A DNA stretch of 64,000 nt. It comes from an uncultured delta proteobacterium (GTDB lineage: Bacteria; Desulfobacterota; Desulfuromonadia; Desulfuromonadales; JACZKF01). The notes under the pieces were generated by a model, which worked only from the letters and a program-made list of their open reading frames with translations, searched no databases and was not told the origin of the DNA. The translations under genes and the position numbers were made by a program. The DNA lies in contig CAWFKQ010000013.1 in assembly GCA_963816395.1 (NCBI GenBank), forward strand, positions 95,936-159,935, written 5' to 3'. Positions 52,523 to 63,068 of this stretch are shown piece after piece. Position 1 is the stretch's first letter; every line of letters starts with the position of its first letter.

Positions 52523-53316
52523 ATGAAAAGTTCGGCATTCCGAGTGGTCCTTTTTGTCCTCCTTCTGGCCGGTCTGGTGGTCGGCTACTGGAAGTTTTAC
52601 CTGGACCGCCAGCCGCCAGCCGGTTGCCGAACTGCCGACCCAGCCGGAAAAATTTGCGGTCCCCGCCATCCGCAATCCGCTGCCGCCGGCCGCGGTGGGG
52701 AGTGAACAGGAAAAGCCCCTGCCGGAACTGAAGGAGAGCGATCCGGCCATGCGGGAGGTCCTGGCCGCCCTTTTCGGTGAGGCGAATCTGGAAAATATCT
52801 GGAATATAAATCATTTTGTCGAGCGATTCGTGCTGCTGGTGGATAGCCTGCCGAAACGGCAACTGCCCCTCAACCGTCTGCCTACCAGACCCGTCCCGGG
52901 GAAATTCATGACGGCAGGCGATGAGGGAAAGATGGTCATCAATCCCTCGAATTACCGGCGCTATGCTCCATACATCCGGTTAGCGGATGCCCTGGATACG
53001 AAAAAGATGGTCGCGGTGTACATCCATTATCTATCCCCTGTTTCAGAAGGCCTATGAGCAGTTGGGGTATCCGTCGGCCTACTTCAATGACCGCCTGATC
53101 GAGGTCATCGATCACCTGCTGGCCGCGCCCGAGGTCAAGGACCCGGTCAGCCTGGTGCAGCCCGCGGTCCGCTACGAATTTGCCGATCCCGCCCTGCAGT
53201 CCCTGTCCGCGGGGCAGCGGATCATGCTGCGGATGGGCAATGCCAACGCCATGAAGGTGAAGGCCAAACTCCGGGAGATCCGGCGGGAACTGATCCTTCG
53301 GGAGCCGCACGGCTGA
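52523..53316 (+). CDS. DUF3014-like membrane-anchored protein (frameshifts near 52620 and 53030)
   Basis: N-terminal TM; LPEL.ESD, NYRRY.PY, YPLFQ.AY..LGYP..YFNDRL...IDHLL, LS.GQ.I.LRMG..N. Confidence 0.75.
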
Positions 53317-53407
53317 AGCTGGTTCCCACAAAGCAGTTCCGCCCGGATCAGCGGCCCTACCGCGGAGAGCAGGAGAATAAGCTCCCTCCCCTTCAAGAGG
53401 GAGGAAA

Positions 53408-53613
53408 GCGTCTCCGCATCTATGTCCTGAAAAAAGTTCGGCGTAAAGGCCTGGAGAAAAAGGGATACGCAAAGACGCAAAGCTGGGAACCAAGGCGCAG
53501 AGAAAATCCGTAAGACTGTTCGCTTTACATCCTTTGCGACTTTCATTTCCCTTTGCGCCTTAGCGTTAAGATCCTGGTTTTTCATTGTCTTCTATTGGAC
53601 TGCGTTAAATCAA
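53408..53613 (+). repeat. Direct repeat copy 1 (contains an AACGCAAAG-type element), upstream of narC
   Basis: Near-identical to 61280-61503, e.g. shared TAAGACTGTTCGCTTTACATCCTTTGCGAC and CCCTTTGCGCCTTAGCGTTAAGATCCTGG. Confidence 0.85.
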
Positions 53614-53765
53614 CACCTGCCCCGGGGTCAGATCACGCCTTAAAGTCCATTTCTGTCCTGCCGGTAAGCCAATAATCGGTTCTACCTGAAAAAATCCTAA
53701 AATGTACTAATATTGTTTTTGCCGAGAGTTTTTCCCGTTACGGAATGCTCCAGGAGGAACAGACC

Positions 53766-54644
53766 ATGGAAAGCCGAAGCCTGTCGGGCCGGTTGGCCGT
53801 TCTGCTCCTATTTCTGGCCGTGATTTCGGCCGGAGCGCAGGAGGCGGCTCCAGGTGGTGCGGATCGGGAGAGTGCCCGCCTGGCGGAAAGCGGAGAGGCG
53901 ATCTTCCAGCAGAAATGCAGCCCATGCCACGCCCTCGGCGGTGGTGACCGTCCCACCGGCCCCGACCTGGCCGGGGTGACCGAGCGGCGCGACCGGCAGT
54001 GGCTGGCGCGCTTCATCCGGGCGCCGGAAAAGATGATCGCCGAAGATCCCGCCGCCCGGCAGCTGGCCGCCAAGTACCCCATGGCCATGCCCGACCTGGG
54101 GCTGAGCGAAAGCGAGATCGAGGCGGTCCTGGCCTTTCTCGCCCATCCGCAGGAGGTCCAGCACGGCGCCGCCGAACCTGGCGCGCCGGCGCCGCCGGCA
54201 GCCCCCGGTAATCCACAGCGGGGAGAGGCGCTGTTCATCGGAACGGCCTCCCTGAAGAACGGGGGGGCACCCTGTCTGGCCTGCCACGGCATTGCCGGCC
54301 ATGGCCTGGCGGGCGGTTCGAGTTTCGGTCCCGATCTGACCGCCGCCTACACCAGCTACGGTCCCGCCCTGGGCTCCATTCTCGAGAACATTCCGTTCCC
54401 GAGCATGCAGCCGATCTACTCCCGGCATCCCCTGACCCCCGAAGAACGCGCCGACCTGACCGCCTTCCTGGCCGAAGTCTCGGGCAAAGCGCCGCAGGTC
54501 ATCGGCGCCCTGGCGCTCCATGCCGGCATCGGGGCGGTGGTGTTTTTCCTTATCCTGCTGGCGGCCGGATGGCGGCGGCTGCGCGGGGTGCGTGCGTCTT
54601 TCGTCGAGAAAGCCGGCCGACAATCCGGAGGTGAGCCGCGATGA
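53766..54644 (+). CDS. narC: Membrane-anchored dihaem cytochrome c (NarC-like)
   Basis: Signal peptide; CSPCH and CLACH; GPDL motifs; C-terminal TM helix; ATGA overlap with narG. Confidence 0.8.
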   Translation: MESRSLSGRLAVLLLFLAVISAGAQEAAPGGADRESARLAESGEAIFQQKCSPCHALGGGDRPTGPDLAGVTERRDRQWLARFIRAPEKMIAEDPAARQLAAKYPMAMPDLGLSESEIEAVLAFLAHPQEVQHGAAEPGAPAPPAAPGNPQRGEALFIGTASLKNGGAPCLACHGIAGHGLAGGSSFGPDLTAAYTSYGPALGSILENIPFPSMQPIYSRHPLTPEERADLTAFLAEVSGKAPQVIGALALHAGIGAVVFFLILLAAGWRRLRGVRASFVEKAGRQSGGEPR

Positions 54645-57600
54645 GCTGGATCAAGGATATCCTCGACCCTAAATTCCGGCAGTGGGAGGAGTTCTACCGC
54701 AACCGCTACCAGCATGACAAGGTGGTGCGCAGTACCCACGGGGTCAACTGCACCGGCGGCTGCTCCTGGAACGTGCACGTCAAGGAAGGTCTGGTCGCCT
54801 GGGAGCTGCAGGCCACGGATTACCCGGCCCTGGCGGACGGCATCCCGCCTTACGAGCCGCGCGGCTGCCAGCGGGGCATCTCCTTCTCCTGGTATCTATA
54901 CAGCCCCCTGCGGGTGAAGTACCCCTACCTGCGCGGCGGGCTGATGGACCTGTGGCGGGCCGCCAAGGCCGAGCACGGCGATCCCGTCGCCGCCTGGGCC
55001 TCGATCGTCGGCGACCCGGAAAAGCGCCGCAGCTACCAGCGCGCCCGGGGAAAAGGGGGCTTTCGCCGCGCCTCCTGGGACGAGGTCCTCGAACTGGCCG
55101 CCGCCGCCACCGTGCACACCATCAAGCAGCACGGTCCCGACCGGGTCATCGGCTTCTCCCCCATCCCGGCCATGTCGATGCTCTCCTTCGCTTCCGGCAG
55201 CCGCTTTCTGCAGCTGATGGGAGGGGTGAACCTCTCCTTCTACGACTGGTACTGCGACCTGCCCAACGCCTCCCCCGAGGTCTGGGGGGAGCAGACCGAC
55301 GTCGGCGAGAGCGCCGACTGGTACAACAGCAAGTACATCGCCGTCATGGGCTCGAACCTGGGGATGACCCGCACCCCCGACGTCCCCTTCGTCGTTCAGG
55401 CGCGCTACAACGGCACCAAGCTGGTGGTCTTTTCCCCCGACTATTCCATGACCTCCAAGTTCGGCGACTGGTGGATACCGGTCCATGCCGGCCAGGACGG
55501 CGCCTTCTGGATGGCGGTCAACCACGTCATCCTCAGCGAGTTCCACCACCGGGACAAAAACCCCTATTTCCTCGATTACGTCGCCCGCTATACCGACTGC
55601 CCCTTCCTCGTCGTCCTCGAGGAGCGGGACGGCGCCCTTGCTCCCGGCCGGCTGCTGACGGCGGCGCAGGTGGAGCGCTACGCCGGGGCGGAAAATGCCG
55701 AGTTCAAGTTCCTGGTCTGGGATGCGGCGACGGACGCGCCGCGGCTGCCGCTGGGGACGCTGGGGTTTCGCTGGCAGCAGAAGAAGGGGGAGTGGAACCT
55801 GCAGATGCAGGACGGCCTGGACGGCGGCGAGATCGAGCCCCGGCTCTCTTTCCTGGAAGGACATGAGGAGATCTGCGAGGTCTCCTTCCCCGACTTCGCC
55901 GAGGACCGGGCGCTGCGCCGCGGGGTGCCGGCGCGCCGATTGCAGACCGCCGAGGGGGAGACTCTGCGGGTGGCGACCGTCTACGACCTGCTGATGGCCC
56001 AGTTCGGCGTGGCGCGGGGGCTCGGCGGCGAATACCCGGCCGGCTACGACGACGCGGCGACCCCCTACACCCCGGCCTGGCAAGAGAAATTCACCGGCGT
56101 CGACCGCGCCAACGTCATCCAGTTCGCCCGCGAATGGGCCGGCACCGCGGCGCAGACCGAAGGCAAGTGCTGCATCATCATCGGCTCGGGGGTCAACCAG
56201 TGGTATCACGCCAACCTGGCCTACCGGGCCGGCATCGCCGCGCTGATGCTGTGCGGCTGCGTCGGGCGCAACGGCGGCGGCCTCAACCATTACGTGGGGC
56301 AGGAGAAGCTGGCGCCGGTGGCGCCCTGGACCGCCCTGTTCGCGGCGATGGACTGGCTGCAGCCGCCGCGCCTGCAGAACAGCCCCTCCTTTCATTACGT
56401 GCACAGCGACCAGTGGCGGTATGAGAGCGCCGCCGAGGAGGCGCGCGTCAACCGGGTGGCGGAGAAGAATCCGCTCACCGCCGGCCACACCATGGACCAC
56501 CAGGTGCGGGCGGTGCGCCTGGGCTGGCTGCCGTTCTATCCCCAGTTCGACCGCAGCTCCCTGGAGCTGGTGCGCCAGGCGCGCGCCGCCGGCGCCGGCA
56601 GCGAGGAGGAGGTGGTCGCCTGGGTGGTCCGCCAGCTCAAGGAGAAAAAGCTGCGCTTTGCCGTCGAGGATCCGGACGCGCCGGAGAACTGGCCGCGACT
56701 CTGGTATATCTGGCGCGGCAACGCCCTCGCTTCCAGCGCCAAGGGGCACGAGTATTTCCTCAAGCACTACCTGGGCACCCACCACAACAGCATCGCCCCG
56801 CAGACGGCGAAGGATTCGGTCAAGGAAGCGGTCTGGCGGGAGCAGGCGCCGGAGGGGAAGCTCGATCTGGTGATCGACCTCAACTTCCGCATGGACACCT
56901 CCGCCCTCTACTCCGACATCGTCCTGCCGGCGGCCACCTGGTACGAGAAGGACGACCTGAACACCACCGACCTGCACTCCTTCATCCACCCGCTGCAGGC
57001 CGCCGTCCCCCCTGCTGGGAATCGCGCAGCGACTGGGACATCTTCAAGGCGCTGGCGCAGCAGGTGAGCGAGCTGGCGAAAAAGCACCTGCCCGAGCCGG
57101 TCGCCGACCTGGTCGCCACCCCCCTGCTGCACGACACCCCGGCGGAGATCGCCCAGCGGGAGATCCGCGACTGGAGCAAGGGGGAGTGCGAGCCGGTTCC
57201 CGGCAAGACGATGCCGGGGCTGCGGGTGGTGGAGCGCGACTACGTCAATCTCCACAACCGCTACGTCTCCTTCGGTCCCCAGGCGCGGGAGAAGGGGATC
57301 GGGGTGCACGGTCTTTCCTGGCCGATCGACGACATGTACGACGAGCTGCTGGCCACCGGCCCGACGGCGGAGTGGGGGGGCAAGCGCTATCCGTCGGTGG
57401 CCGAGGCGCGCGACGCTGCCAACCTCATCCTGCGCCTGGCGCCGGAGACGAACGGCGAGGCCGCCTACCGCGCCTTCCAGGCCGAAGAGAAGAAGGTGGG
57501 GCTGCCGCTGGCCGACCTGGCGGATAAAAGCCGCAGCGTGCGCACCTGCTTCGCCGATCTGGACCGTCAGCCGCGCCGGCTGCTGACCAGCCCCTGCTGG

Positions 57601-58267
57601 TCGGGGATCATCAACGACGGTCGCTCCTACTCCGCCTATACCCTCAACGTCGAGCGGCTCGTCCCCTGGCGCACCATCACCGGCCGGCAGCATTTCTATC
57701 TCGACCACCAGGGGTATATCGCCTTCGGCGAGAACCTCCCCACCTACAAGCCGAAGCCCGATCCGAGCTGCCTGCAGGACCTGGTGGCCAGCCGTTCCGA
57801 GGGGAAGACGATCCGCCTCAACTATCTTACCCCGCACGGCAAGTGGGGCATCCACACCACCTACAGCGATAACCACCGCATGCTGACCCTGTCGCGCGGC
57901 ATCCACCCGCTGTGGATCAACGACCGGGACGCGGCGGAGATCGGCATCATCGACAACGACTGGGTGGAGGTCTACAACGACCACGGGGTGATGGTCACCC
58001 GGGCGGCGGTCAGCGCCCGCATGCCGCCGGGAGTATCGATCATCTATCACGCCCCCGAGCGGACCGTCGGAGTGCCGAAGTCGCCGCTGCGCGGCGGCAG
58101 GCGGGCCGGGATGCACAACAGCCTGACGCGCGCCCGCCTCAAGCCGAACCTGATGCTGGGCGGCTACGGGCAGTTCACCTTCGCTGCCAACTACTGGGGG
58201 CCGACCGGGATGCAACCGCGACACCTACATCCTGGTGCGCAAGCTGCCGGGGGAACCGCAATGGTGA
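54641..58267 (+). CDS. narG: Respiratory nitrate reductase alpha subunit (frameshifts near 57010 and 58210)
   Basis: [45 protein letters not shown]; restored C-terminus [19 protein letters not shown]; no Tat signal. Confidence 0.95.
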
Positions 58268-58285
58268 AGACCACTGAATTAAGGC

Positions 58286-58478
58286 TTTAACGCAAAGGCG
58301 CAAAGGGGAAACCCGGGCGCAAAGGCAAGAATCAAACCGAGAATTTAACGCGAAGGCGCAGAGACGCGGAGAAATGAACAATCGGATTTTGCCCCCTGCG
58401 TCGCGTCTGCGCGGTCAAAAGAAGCTTTGCGCCTTGCTTCCTTTCTTTGCGGCCTTTGCGTTAAAGCCTTTGCGTTGA
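58286..58478. repeat. Nested AACGCAAAG inverted-repeat element between narG and narH
   Basis: Outer TTTAACGCAAAGGCGCAAAG/CTTTGCGGCCTTTGCGTTAAAG arms; inner TTTAACGCGAAGGCGCAGAGACGCGGAG arm. Confidence 0.8.
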
Positions 58479-58496
58479 GAAAAAGGAGACCCATCC

Positions 58497-59984
58497 ATGG
58501 ACGTCCGCGCTCAGATGGCTACCGTTTTCCACCTGGACAAATGCATCGGCTGCCACACCTGCAGCATCGCCTGCAAGAACCTGTGGACCGACCGCCGCGG
58601 CAACGAATACATGTGGTGGAACAACGTCGAGACCAAGCCCGGCACCGGTTATCCGACCCTGTGGGAAGACCAGGAGAAGTACCGGGGAGGGTGGGAGGTG
58701 TCCGGCCACGATCTGCGGCTGCGCATCGGCGGGCGTTTCGGCGTGCTGGGGAAGATCTTCGCCAGCACCAGCCTGCCGACGGTGGACGACTATTACGAGC
58801 CGTGGACCTACCGCTACGGCGACCTGTTCAGCGCCCCGCCGGGGGAGGACCAGCCGTCGGCGCGCCCGGTATCGATGATCGACGGCCGGCCGATGGAGAT
58901 CAAGGCCGGTCCCAACTGGGACGACGACCTCGGCGGCTCCAATATCTACGCCGCCAACGACCCTTCCGTGAAGAAGCTCACCGAGGAGGAGCAGCGCCAG
59001 CTCTTCGCCCTGGAGCGGCTGGTTTTCTTTTATCTGCCGCGCATCTGCAACCACTGCGCGAACCCCGGCTGCCTCGCCGCCTGCCCCTCGGGGGCCATCT
59101 ACAAGCGCGGGGAGGACGGCATCGTGCTCATCAGCCAGGAGAAATGCCGCGGCTGGCGGATGTGCGTCTCGGGCTGCCCCTACAAGAAGAGCTACTATAC
59201 CTGGAGCACCGGCAAGTCCGAGAAGTGCATCCTCTGCTATCCCCGCCAGGAGAGCGGCCAGCCGCCGGCCTGCTTTCAGGCCTGCGTCGGGCGCCTGCGC
59301 TTCCTCGGGGTGCTGCTCTACGATGCCGAACGGATCGAGGCGGCGGCCCGCCGCGCCGACGCCGAGCTGGTGGCGGCCCAGCGGGATATGATCCTCGATC
59401 CCCGTGATCCGGAGGTGCTCGCCGCCGCCCGCAAAAGCGGCGTCCACGAGCAGATCATCGCCGCGGCGCAGCGCTCGCCGGTTTACCGTCTGGTCAAAGA
59501 GTGGGAGCTGGCGCTGCCGCTGCGCCCTGAATTCCGCACCCTGCCGATGCTCTTCTACGTGCCGCCGCTGCTGCCGGTGCTGGCCACAGTGCAAAACGGA
59601 ACCGCCCGCCAGGCGGACGATTTCTTCGGCACCCTGGAGAAGGCGCGGCTGCCGCTGCGCTACATGGCCAACCTGTTCGCCGGCGGCAATGAAGAGGCGG
59701 TGACCCGCGTCTATCGCCGGCTGCTGGCGATGCGGCTGCTGCGCCGCGCCGAAACGGTGGGGGATCGCGCGCGCAGCGAGGCGGATGCGGCCTGCGCCGC
59801 CGCCGGCATCACCGCTGAGGAGGCGACGGCCATGTTCAGGCTGACCGCCCTGGCCGGGATGCAGGAGCGGATCGTCATTCCCACCCTGCTGCGGGAACAG
59901 GCGGCGGAGGCGGTGCAGGATCCGCAGGTGAAGCGGCAGGAGATGGGTTTTGGCACCCGCCGGCCGCCGAAGAGGAGGTGGTGA
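58497..59984 (+). CDS. narH: Respiratory nitrate reductase beta subunit
   Basis: LDKCIGCHTCSIACK, WNNVETKPG, PRICNHCANPGCLAACP, CRGWRMCVSGCPY, KCILCYPR. Confidence 0.96.
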   Translation: MDVRAQMATVFHLDKCIGCHTCSIACKNLWTDRRGNEYMWWNNVETKPGTGYPTLWEDQEKYRGGWEVSGHDLRLRIGGRFGVLGKIFASTSLPTVDDYYEPWTYRYGDLFSAPPGEDQPSARPVSMIDGRPMEIKAGPNWDDDLGGSNIYAANDPSVKKLTEEEQRQLFALERLVFFYLPRICNHCANPGCLAACPSGAIYKRGEDGIVLISQEKCRGWRMCVSGCPYKKSYYTWSTGKSEKCILCYPRQESGQPPACFQACVGRLRFLGVLLYDAERIEAAARRADAELVAAQRDMILDPRDPEVLAAARKSGVHEQIIAAAQRSPVYRLVKEWELALPLRPEFRTLPMLFYVPPLLPVLATVQNGTARQADDFFGTLEKARLPLRYMANLFAGGNEEAVTRVYRRLLAMRLLRRAETVGDRARSEADAACAAAGITAEEATAMFRLTALAGMQERIVIPTLLREQAAEAVQDPQVKRQEMGFGTRRPPKRRW

Positions 59985-59986
59985 GC

Positions 59987-60544
59987 ATGCAAGCGGGCGC
60001 TGAACGTGAAATCCTGCAGGTCTTCGCCGGGCTCACCGGCTATCCGAAAGGGGATCTGGCGGAGGCGGCCGACCGCGGGGTAGCGCTGTTGCAGGGAGAT
60101 TTCCCGGTCGCCGCCGGCGCCCTCGAAAGGTTCCGTTGCCGCGTGCAGGAGCAATCGGCTCTGCGCCTGGGGGAGATCTATACCGCCGCCTTCGATCTGC
60201 ATCCCCGCTGCGCCCCGTATATCGCCTGGCAGCTGTGCGGCGAGAGCCCTCAACGTACCCTGTTCCTGCTCCACCTGCGGCAGCTGTACCGCCAGCACGG
60301 TTTCGTCGCCGGGGCCGAGCTTCCCGACCACCTGGCCGAGATCCTGGGGTTTCTCGCCCAAGCCGAAGATGATCCGCTGCGCGAGGAACTGGTGACCGAG
60401 GCCCTGCAGCCGGCCCTGGAGAAGATGCTCGCCGCCTTCGACGGCGACGACCATCCCTATCAGGCTCTGTTGCAGGCCCTGCGGGATTATCTGGGCGCGG
60501 TTTTCGGCGAAAAGGATGTTCCGAAAAAGGAGACGACGCCATGA
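59987..60544 (+). CDS. narJ: Nitrate reductase molybdenum cofactor assembly chaperone
   Basis: Y...FD, ELPDHL...L.FL, PY..L; position between narH and narI. Confidence 0.88.
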   Translation: MQAGAEREILQVFAGLTGYPKGDLAEAADRGVALLQGDFPVAAGALERFRCRVQEQSALRLGEIYTAAFDLHPRCAPYIAWQLCGESPQRTLFLLHLRQLYRQHGFVAGAELPDHLAEILGFLAQAEDDPLREELVTEALQPALEKMLAAFDGDDHPYQALLQALRDYLGAVFGEKDVPKKETTP

Positions 60545-61215
60545 TGGGGACGGTGCTGTTCGTATTTTTCCCTTACGCCGCCGTGACGCTGGCGCTCGGA
60601 GCCGGTCTCTACCGGTATTTCTTCGATCGCTTCTCCTGGTCTTCGCAGTCCTCCCAGTTCCTCGAAGGAAGGGTGCTCTTCTGGGGCTCGGTCCCCTGGC
60701 ATTACGCCATCATCCTGATACTATTGGCCCACCTGCTGGCCTTCCTCATCCCGGGCGCCTGGGCCGCGCTGCTGGGGGAGCCGGTGCGCCTGTACATCCT
60801 AGAAGTGATCGGGCTGGCCCTGGCTTTCGGCGCCCTGCTCGGCCTGCTGGTGCTGATCCTGCGGCGGGCAATGCACGGCCGGGTAGCGGCGGCCACTACC
60901 GTGCTCGACTGGGTGGTCCTGGTCTCCCTGCTGTTGCAGGTGGCCACTGGGATCTACATCGCCCTGACTCTGCGCTGGGGGTCCGTGTGGTTCCTGCATA
61001 CCGCCGTCCCCTGGCTGTGGTCGCTGCTGGCCTACAATCCCCAGGTGCAGCTTATGACCGTACTGCCCGTGGTGGTCAAGGTGCATGCGGTCAACGCCTT
61101 CGTGCTGGTGGCGCTTTTTCCCTTCACCCGGCTGGTGCACGTGGTGAGCATCCCCCTGGCCTACCTGGGGCGGCCGCCGCAGATCATGGCCTGGATCGGG
61201 AGGAGGTCGGGATAA
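60541..61215 (+). CDS. narI: Respiratory nitrate reductase gamma subunit (cytochrome b)
   Basis: PY, SSQFLE, four haem His (WHY, AHL, VHA, LVH), PFTRLVH. Confidence 0.93.
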   Translation: MMGTVLFVFFPYAAVTLALGAGLYRYFFDRFSWSSQSSQFLEGRVLFWGSVPWHYAIILILLAHLLAFLIPGAWAALLGEPVRLYILEVIGLALAFGALLGLLVLILRRAMHGRVAAATTVLDWVVLVSLLLQVATGIYIALTLRWGSVWFLHTAVPWLWSLLAYNPQVQLMTVLPVVVKVHAVNAFVLVALFPFTRLVHVVSIPLAYLGRPPQIMAWIGRRSG

Positions 61216-61218
61216 GGC

Positions 61219-61296
61219 TTTTTAACGCGGAGACGCGGAGGCGCCGAGGAAGATCAAAAACACGGATGAGAATTTCTCAGCGCCTCTGCGCCTCTG
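61219..61296. repeat. ACGCGGAG-type inverted-repeat element after narI
   Basis: TTTAACGCGGAGACGCGGAGGCGCCGAG paired with CTCAGCGCCTCTGCGCCTCTG. Confidence 0.65.
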
Positions 61297-61503
61297 TCCT
61301 GAAAAAGTTCGGCTTAAGGCCCTGAAAAAAAGGGATAACGCAAAGACGCAAAGATGAGAACAAGGCGCAGAGAAAATCCTTAAGACTGTTCGCTTTACAT
61401 CCTTTGCGACTTTTTCATTTCCCTTTGCGCCTTAGCGTTAAGATCCTGGTTTTCATTGTCTCCGGGTGTGCCGCAGGCACATGTTGGACTGCTTTAAAAA
61501 CAA
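61280..61503 (+). repeat. Direct repeat copy 2 (contains an AACGCAAAG element), upstream of narK
   Basis: Near-identical to 53408-53613, with an extra GTGTGCCGCAGGCACAT hairpin before the shared TTGGACTGC motif. Confidence 0.85.
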
Positions 61504-61528
61504 TTGAATTTTCCAAGGGGGTTTTTGT

Positions 61529-62818
61529 ATGCACCCTATCAAAGGCACCCCCCGTACCGGCTTGTCCGGGGCCACCCTCGGCTTCTTCTTCGGCTTTGCT
61601 TCGGTAGCCCTGTTCGGCCCGACGGCGGGGAAATTCAGAGAGGCGATGCAGCTCACCCCGGAGCAGGTCGGCCTGCTGGTGGCGGTGCCGGCGCTCTCCG
61701 GCTCGCTGCTGCGCATCCCCTTTGCCGCCTGGGTCGATACCACCGGCGGCCGCAAACCCTTCCTGGCCCTGCTGCTGCTTTCACTGGCCGGCATGCTCGG
61801 GTTGACGGCGGTGGTCATTTTCCTCTATCCCGATGCGCTCGCTCCGGCCCACTATCCTCTGCTCCTCGGCCTGGGGGCGCTGTGCGGCTGCGGCATCGCC
61901 ACCTTCTCCGTGGGGATCGGCCAGGTTTCCTACTGGTTCACCATGGAAGGGCAAGGCAAGGCGCTGGGATTCTATGCCGGGGTGGGGAACCTGGCCCCCG
62001 GCATCTTCTCCTTCATCCTGCCGGTCGTGCTGAGCAGCATCGGCCTGGGCGGCACCTACCTGATCTGGTTCTTCTTTCTCGCCTTCGGCACTCTCATCTA
62101 TTATTTCTTTGCCCGCAACGCCCCCTATTTTCAGCTCCGCCAGATGGGGATCGCGGAACGTGAGGCCCGGCAGGAAGCCCGCCAGTACGGTCAGGAGCTG
62201 CTTCCCGCCGGCAGCTTGCTGGAGAGTCTGGTGCTCTCCGCCCGGGCTTGGCAGACCTGGCTGCTGGTCGCTCTCTACTTCACTACTTTCGGTGGCTTCA
62301 TCGCCATGACGGCCTGGCTTCCCGTCTACTGGCAATCGCTGTTCGCCACCAGCGCCGTGGCCGCCGGGCTGCTGACCGCCCTTTACTCGATTCTCGCCTC
62401 GGCAATCCGCGTCTTCGGCGGGGTGGTGGCGGATAAGGCCGGCGGTGAAAACACTGCCCTCGTATCACTGCTGGTCATGCTGGCGGGAGCGGTTCTGATG
62501 ACTCTCTCCGGGAATTTCACCCTGTCGGTCGTTGGTGAGGTGTTGATGGGAATCGGCATGGGGGTGGGGAATGCCGCGGTCTTCAAGCTGGTGCCCCAGG
62601 AAGTGCCGCAGGCGGTCGGCGGTACGGCGGGCTGGGTCGGCGGCCTGGGCGCTTTCGGCGGCTTCGCCATCCCCCCGATCCTCGGAGCTTTCGTGCACTG
62701 GCTGGGGCCGGGGGGGTACGCGACGGGATTTCTGACCTTTGCCGTCCTGGCGGTGGTTTCCCTGGCGTTGGCCTGGGTGCTGAAGAGGTATGGACTGCGG
62801 AAGAAGACGGTGAGTTAG
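61529..62818 (+). CDS. narK: Nitrate/nitrite MFS transporter
   Basis: P.LSGSLLRIPF, AGVGN, FGGF, RVFGG..ADK, G.GN.AVFKLVP, GWVGGLGAFGGF nitrate signature. Confidence 0.88.
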   Translation: MHPIKGTPRTGLSGATLGFFFGFASVALFGPTAGKFREAMQLTPEQVGLLVAVPALSGSLLRIPFAAWVDTTGGRKPFLALLLLSLAGMLGLTAVVIFLYPDALAPAHYPLLLGLGALCGCGIATFSVGIGQVSYWFTMEGQGKALGFYAGVGNLAPGIFSFILPVVLSSIGLGGTYLIWFFFLAFGTLIYYFFARNAPYFQLRQMGIAEREARQEARQYGQELLPAGSLLESLVLSARAWQTWLLVALYFTTFGGFIAMTAWLPVYWQSLFATSAVAAGLLTALYSILASAIRVFGGVVADKAGGENTALVSLLVMLAGAVLMTLSGNFTLSVVGEVLMGIGMGVGNAAVFKLVPQEVPQAVGGTAGWVGGLGAFGGFAIPPILGAFVHWLGPGGYATGFLTFAVLAVVSLALAWVLKRYGLRKKTVS

Positions 62819-62897
62819 CAGGTAGTGAGTGAATAGAAGAACCCGAGTTTGCACCCTTTCACTCTGCTCACCTGAGATCACGACCGGAAAAATTTAG

Positions 62898-62997
62898 CTC
62901 GCGCGACGACGCAACGAAGATCAAATTCTGCAATCTTGAACCTTTTTAGAAAGGGCCGGGTTTTACCCTCGTCGCGTCCGTTGCGCCGTTGCGTGAA
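62898..62997. repeat. Degenerate CGCAACG-type inverted-repeat element
   Basis: CTCGCGCGACGACGCAACG paired with CGTCGCGTCCGTTGCGCCGTTGCGTGA between convergent genes. Confidence 0.5.
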
Positions 62998-63068
62998 ACC
63001 GCTTTTCAGCGTTCTCGCCATGCCGCCAAGTCATCCACGCTGGTTCGAAGCTCACCGGGGTTATGGCC

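Noticed and set aside
8882..56989. Long antisense ORFs (8882-10834, 20471-22399, 42650-44755, 45781-48567, 54896-56989)
   Set aside because: They shadow well-supported genes on the opposite strand, as expected from GC-rich codon bias, and contain no motifs.
54641..58267. Split narG, programmed frameshift, or periplasmic Nar
   Set aside because: The breaks fit the window-wide indel pattern (C-run near 57010, G-run near 58208), there is no Tat motif, and narI, narJ and narK are present.
8344..62997. CRISPR array interpretation of the short repeats
   Set aside because: Repeats are inverted, degenerate and dispersed, with no regular repeat-spacer period and no cas genes.
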